Source of the DNA: a virus
Reading direction: 5' to 3' (one strand)
DNA: 64,000 bases
Virus record (IMG/VR): IMGVR_UViG_3300005530_000025
Location: 4,179 to 68,178 of that record
A program made the position numbers and the translations under genes. Of this stretch, positions 60,099 through 64,000 are shown in pieces. Every line of letters starts with the position of its first letter. The stretch's first letter is position 1. The notes beneath the pieces are model-generated. The model was not told where the DNA came from. It saw only the letters and a list, made by a program, of their open reading frames with translations, and searched no databases.

Positions 60099-60541
60099 AT
60101 GGCCGCCAGCCGCAGGCGCCGCGCGGGGGCCGTGACGGCCCCCGGCCGCGGTCCGGTCTGGGAGGCCTACCGCAATGGTCGCCGGGCCGGCACGCACGGC
60201 CGGGGCCAGCGCCCCGACCGCGCCAACAGCCGCCGCAGGGCGATCGAGGAGGCATCCAGGTAAACGCGCGTGACATGCCAGCTACCCGGGGGCAATCCCG
60301 CCGCCGGTCCGACTATCCCCCGAGGAGAAACCCAGTGACACCCTTCCAGTTCCTCATCCACCAGCTGATCCTGCACCTGGAGCACCTGTCCCTGCTGAAG
60401 AACAGCGGCTATCGCCAGGCGCACTGCCACTTGGTCCTGTTCCATCACGCCACCGGGCACGGCACCTGGCGCACGATCGGCCGCCAGGTCTGCTCGTTCC
60501 AGAAGAACATCCATGTCGTGCACCCGGGCATCTTCCGGTAG
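60099..60541 (+). CDS. Two small ORFs (60099-60263 Arg-rich, 60335-60541)
   Basis: Spacing and RBS. Confidence 0.45.
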
Positions 60542-60583
60542 CAGGCAGCATCAGGCCGGGGTCCAGCACGACCGGACCCCGGC

Positions 60584-60612
60584 TTGCACATTAGCAAGAA
60601 ACCCTGTATTGT
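60584..60612 (+). promoter_or_regulatory. Repeated promoter/operator
   Basis: TTGCAC-ATTAGCAAGAAACCCTG-TATTGT. Confidence 0.8.
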
Positions 60613-60648
60613 AAGTCTCGCAAGGGACGACAACGACAGGAGAGCCCG

Positions 60649-61008
60649 ATGACCCACCGGATCCGCTGCGACTCAAGGCTGGACGGCCTGGCCCCGCACG
60701 ATCACTCCGCTCTCGACGAGGTCAGGGCCTGCCACGACGCCCGCCGCGACCAGCTGGCCGGCATCGAGGTCTGGCCGTGCACCTGGCTCATCGCGGTCCG
60801 CGGTGAGGACGGCTTCATGACCGACCGCGAGTGCAGGCTGCCGGCCCGGTTCACCGACGAGGAGGGCTCCTACGCCTGCCTGGGCGGGCACGACCACATC
60901 GCCCTGGAGCGGCAGTTCCGCGAGGGCATCGAGTACGCCAGCGACGAGCACGAGCTGGACCGCCTGACCCGCCAGGGCAAGGTCGCCATCCCGGCCTACT
61001 CTTCCTGA
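60649..61008 (+). CDS. Hypothetical Cys/His protein
   Basis: AGGAG RBS; own promoter and downstream hairpin 61022-61047. Confidence 0.65.
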   Translation: MTHRIRCDSRLDGLAPHDHSALDEVRACHDARRDQLAGIEVWPCTWLIAVRGEDGFMTDRECRLPARFTDEEGSYACLGGHDHIALERQFREGIEYASDEHELDRLTRQGKVAIPAYSS

Positions 61009-61062
61009 CCAGCGCGGCACCTCAGCCCCGGCTCCGGCCGGGGCTGACTGCTGTCAGGGGAG

Positions 61063-61091
61063 TTGTGCATTAGCAAGGAACCCTGTAATGT
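61063..61091 (+). promoter_or_regulatory. Repeated promoter/operator
   Basis: TTGTGC-ATTAGCAAGGAACCCTG-TAATGT. Confidence 0.75.
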
Positions 61092-61128
61092 AGGTCTTGC
61101 AAGGGAGCGACAGCTAAGGGAGACCCGG

Positions 61129-61977
61129 ATGAGCCAACCAGACCCCCGCCAGCATGACGAGAAGACCTTCGCGCTGATCATGGAGAAGGCCACGGCCCAG
61201 CGCCAGGTCATGCTCGCCGCGAACCGCGTGCACGGGGCAGCCGGAGACACCCGCGATCGCCACGCCGAGTGGATCATGACGCTGAGCGAGGCGATGGAGC
61301 GGGTCAGCCAGGCCCGGAAGGACGAGTACCTGGCCGCGGTCACCGAGTGCACCCGGATCTGCCGCGAGATCGACGCGCTGGACGCCATCTACGGGCGTTA
61401 CCTGTGGAACCGCTATTTCCTGGTCACCAACGCCAACGGCCACGTGCACCGCAACCAGTCCTGCTCCAGCTGCTACCCGAGCACCGAGTACGCCTGGCTG
61501 CCCGAGCTGTCCGGCTGCGTCGAGGCCGAGATGATCACCGAGTTCGGGGAGAAGGCCTGCACCGTCTGCTTCCCGGACGCGCCCGCTAACCCGGCGTTCC
61601 GCGGCCCCGGCCGCCGTGACCGCGAGGCCCAGGCCGCCCGGGCCGCCGAGAAGGCTGCTCACCAGGCCGCCAAGGACGCCAAGAACCTGGCCCCGGGGCA
61701 GTGCTTCCGCGATCACATGAACTGGAAGGTCACGACGGTCTCCGCTGCCGTCAAGGTCCTGCGGGACGAGATCGAGGCCAAGTACTGGTACCCGAACGGA
61801 TACGCCGAGGGGCACTACACCGCCGCCGCCCGCCGGGCCGCTGAGGTCCTGCTGGAGCGCGAGGCGGCCGTGCCAGGGACGGGCGCGACCCAGGAGAAGA
61901 TCGACCAGGTCATCGCCGCCGCCGAGAAGAAGAACGCCCGCGAGTTTGCCAGGGCGCAGACAGCAGGCATCCGGTGA
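61129..61977 (+). CDS. Zn-binding hypothetical protein
   Basis: WNRYFLVTNANGHVHRNQSCSSC...ACTVCFPDAP. Confidence 0.7.
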   Translation: MSQPDPRQHDEKTFALIMEKATAQRQVMLAANRVHGAAGDTRDRHAEWIMTLSEAMERVSQARKDEYLAAVTECTRICREIDALDAIYGRYLWNRYFLVTNANGHVHRNQSCSSCYPSTEYAWLPELSGCVEAEMITEFGEKACTVCFPDAPANPAFRGPGRRDREAQAARAAEKAAHQAAKDAKNLAPGQCFRDHMNWKVTTVSAAVKVLRDEIEAKYWYPNGYAEGHYTAAARRAAEVLLEREAAVPGTGATQEKIDQVIAAAEKKNAREFARAQTAGIR

Positions 61978-63374
61978 CCAGCCAGCCAGCTGAGGCCCTG
62001 ACCGGGGAGCGCTGCCCCGGGTCGGGGCAGGCCCCTGCCGGGCGGCCCGGCCAGCGCGGCAAGCCCTATGCGGTGTACGGCGGCGGCTGCGCTGCCTGCG
62101 GGGCCCAGGTCAGCGTCACCCCGCAGTGGGTGATCCGGCCGCACTACCCCTGGCCGCTGGATCCTCCGCAGTACATGAAGGGAGTGTCATGACCGATGTC
62201 GTGACCGAGTTCCGGGTCATCCGGCTGACCGACGGCGAGGAGCGCCAGGCGCCCCTGCTGGAGGACGGATCCTGGTGCTGCCCGTGGTGCAGCGGGCCCT
62301 GCATCCCCGGCGAGTCGTTCTGGGAGAACCGCGGCTGGGAGTACCCGTGCGCCAATCCGGCCGCACCCGGCCTGGTGGAGCCCGCGGGGAGCGATGTGGA
62401 GCCGGGTGGTGCAACTCCCGGGGACGAGGAGCCGGCAGAGGCCCCCGGGGCTCCTGAGGGCGCTCAAGGCGCCCCGGCGGAGGCTCCCTCGGGTAATGAG
62501 CCGGCGGCCGGTCCCGCGCCCGCTGAGGCCCCCTGAGGGCTTCCTGTTAGCAAGCAAGGCTGTATCCTAGATACCGCTAGACGAGACGAGAGGACCCCTG
62601 GTGACCGAGCCGCAGCACCTCGCCCCCGAGGTCGCGCTGGAGCGCCTGCTGGCCCTGGAGGAGAGGGTCGAGGAGCTGGCCCGGCAGCTCGGCGCCGAGC
62701 ATGACGCCCAGGTCGTGATCGCCGGGGCGATCACGCTGCCCCTGGTGATCGAGGCCCTGAAGCACCGGGCCGCCGAGCTGGCCGCGGAGAAGACGGCCGG
62801 ATCCCAGGACCGCGCCGCCCGCCTGGCCCGGCTGATCGAGGAGATCACGGAGGCAACACGATGATCGCGAATGAGCAGATGAGCCTCAGCGAGCTGCTGG
62901 ACCAGGACGAGATCTGGATATACCGCGATAGCGAGGGCATCCTGGCCACGGTCCGGCTGGATCAGATGAGCCTCAGTCACCTGGAGAACCTGCGCGCCTG
63001 GTTCCTGGACCGGGCGCCCGCCATGCACTCGGCCGCTCTGCTGGCCGCCACCCGGGCCGCTGCCATGACCAACGGCAGCCAGGCCGAGATCGAGCTGGAC
63101 CGGGAGGCCGAGTCAATCTCCTGCCGGGACCCCGAGTCCTGGATGAGAGAGACCGAGCTGTTCGAGGCCATCGACGAGGCCCTGGCCTACCGCATCAACG
63201 AATCCGTCACCTAATCCCCGAGAGAGGGCATCCCCCATGCTCCGCACCCTGATCAGCTGGATCATCGGCATCGCGATCGTCATCTACTTCATCAAGCACG
63301 GTGGTCAGATCGGAGGCTGGGTCCACGAGGCGGCCACCTCGATCAGCGCCTTCATCAGCAGCGCGACAAGCTGA
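61974..63374 (+). CDS. Run of small hypothetical genes (61974-62192, 62189-62536, 62601-62864, 62861-63214, 63237-63374 membrane)
   Basis: Coupled ORFs; degenerate promoter copy at 62540-62568. Confidence 0.55.
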
Positions 63375-63985
63375 TGACCGCCATCACCCGGCGCCGGCGG
63401 CGCCAGGGCGTGCTGGTCGCGCCCTGGGTGCTGCCGGCGGGATCAGCCGGCGGCTGGGCCTACCTGGGCCAGCCGCTGCACTGGGAGGGCCTGGCCGGAA
63501 TGCTCGCCCTGGCCCTCGCGGTCACCATCGTGCTGCCTGCCGTGGTGGTATCGGCGCGCTCGCTGCCGCTGATGCTCGTGCCAGTGCGCTGGCGGATCAG
63601 CTACCGGCACCGCCGTGAGGAGCGCGGCCTGGGCCGCCCCTCGGTCCCGGCCTACCTGCGCCGCGCTACCTACGCGGCCGACCGGGACTGCTGCCTGTAC
63701 TGCTGGCACGCCCTGGGCCTCGTCGTCTCCGGCGGACTCCAGTGGGACCACATCCGCCCCTGGGCCTCCGGTGGCCTGACGGTGCTGTGGAACGGTGCCG
63801 CGCTGTGCGGGCCCCACAACCGCGTCAAGTCCAACTACTGGGTCGATCGCGACGGCTACGTGCACTACAGGCCATGGAAGGACGCCGGCAACAAGAAACT
63901 GGCCGCTGCCATCCTCGCGGTCGAGCTGCGGGCCCGCCGCAATCCGCTGCGCTGGATCCGGGCCGCGCTGTCCCTGGCCGCGTGA
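63374..63985 (+). CDS. HNH endonuclease with N-terminal TM segments
   Basis: CLYC...QWDHIRPWASGGLT...ALCGPHNRVKSN. Confidence 0.8.
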   Translation: MTAITRRRRRQGVLVAPWVLPAGSAGGWAYLGQPLHWEGLAGMLALALAVTIVLPAVVVSARSLPLMLVPVRWRISYRHRREERGLGRPSVPAYLRRATYAADRDCCLYCWHALGLVVSGGLQWDHIRPWASGGLTVLWNGAALCGPHNRVKSNYWVDRDGYVHYRPWKDAGNKKLAAAILAVELRARRNPLRWIRAALSLAA

Positions 63986-64000
63986 TGGCCGGTCCCTGGC

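Overview
High-GC window from a large tailed actinobacteriophage (or prophage). Its head module resembles Bxz1/cluster-C-type myoviruses; the host is probably a filamentous actinomycete, given BldC- and DUF397/BldB-family genes. It contains: (1) minus-strand virion genes, including head-tail adaptor-like, FN3 protein, major capsid, decoration, a 1316-aa protease/scaffold-like protein, a ~1600-aa multi-domain protein and portal; (2) a 7.7-kb minus-strand array (about 4983-12691) of 38 hand-folded tRNA genes covering all 20 amino acids; (3) an origin-like long inverted repeat beside an AT-rich tract (13875-14346); (4) many small early genes behind a repeated sigma70-type promoter with a conserved spacer, including NADAR, PAPS-reductase-like, nucleoside deoxyribosyltransferase-like, C5 methyltransferase and HNH genes. 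The most unusual signals are in the RNA array. Five circularly permuted, anticodon-less tRNA mimics (YrlA-like topology) each start 2-3 nt after a tRNA 3' end or after another mimic. Also, 14 of the 38 tRNAs have C at the normally invariant U33. All calls come from reading and folding by eye; no searches were run.
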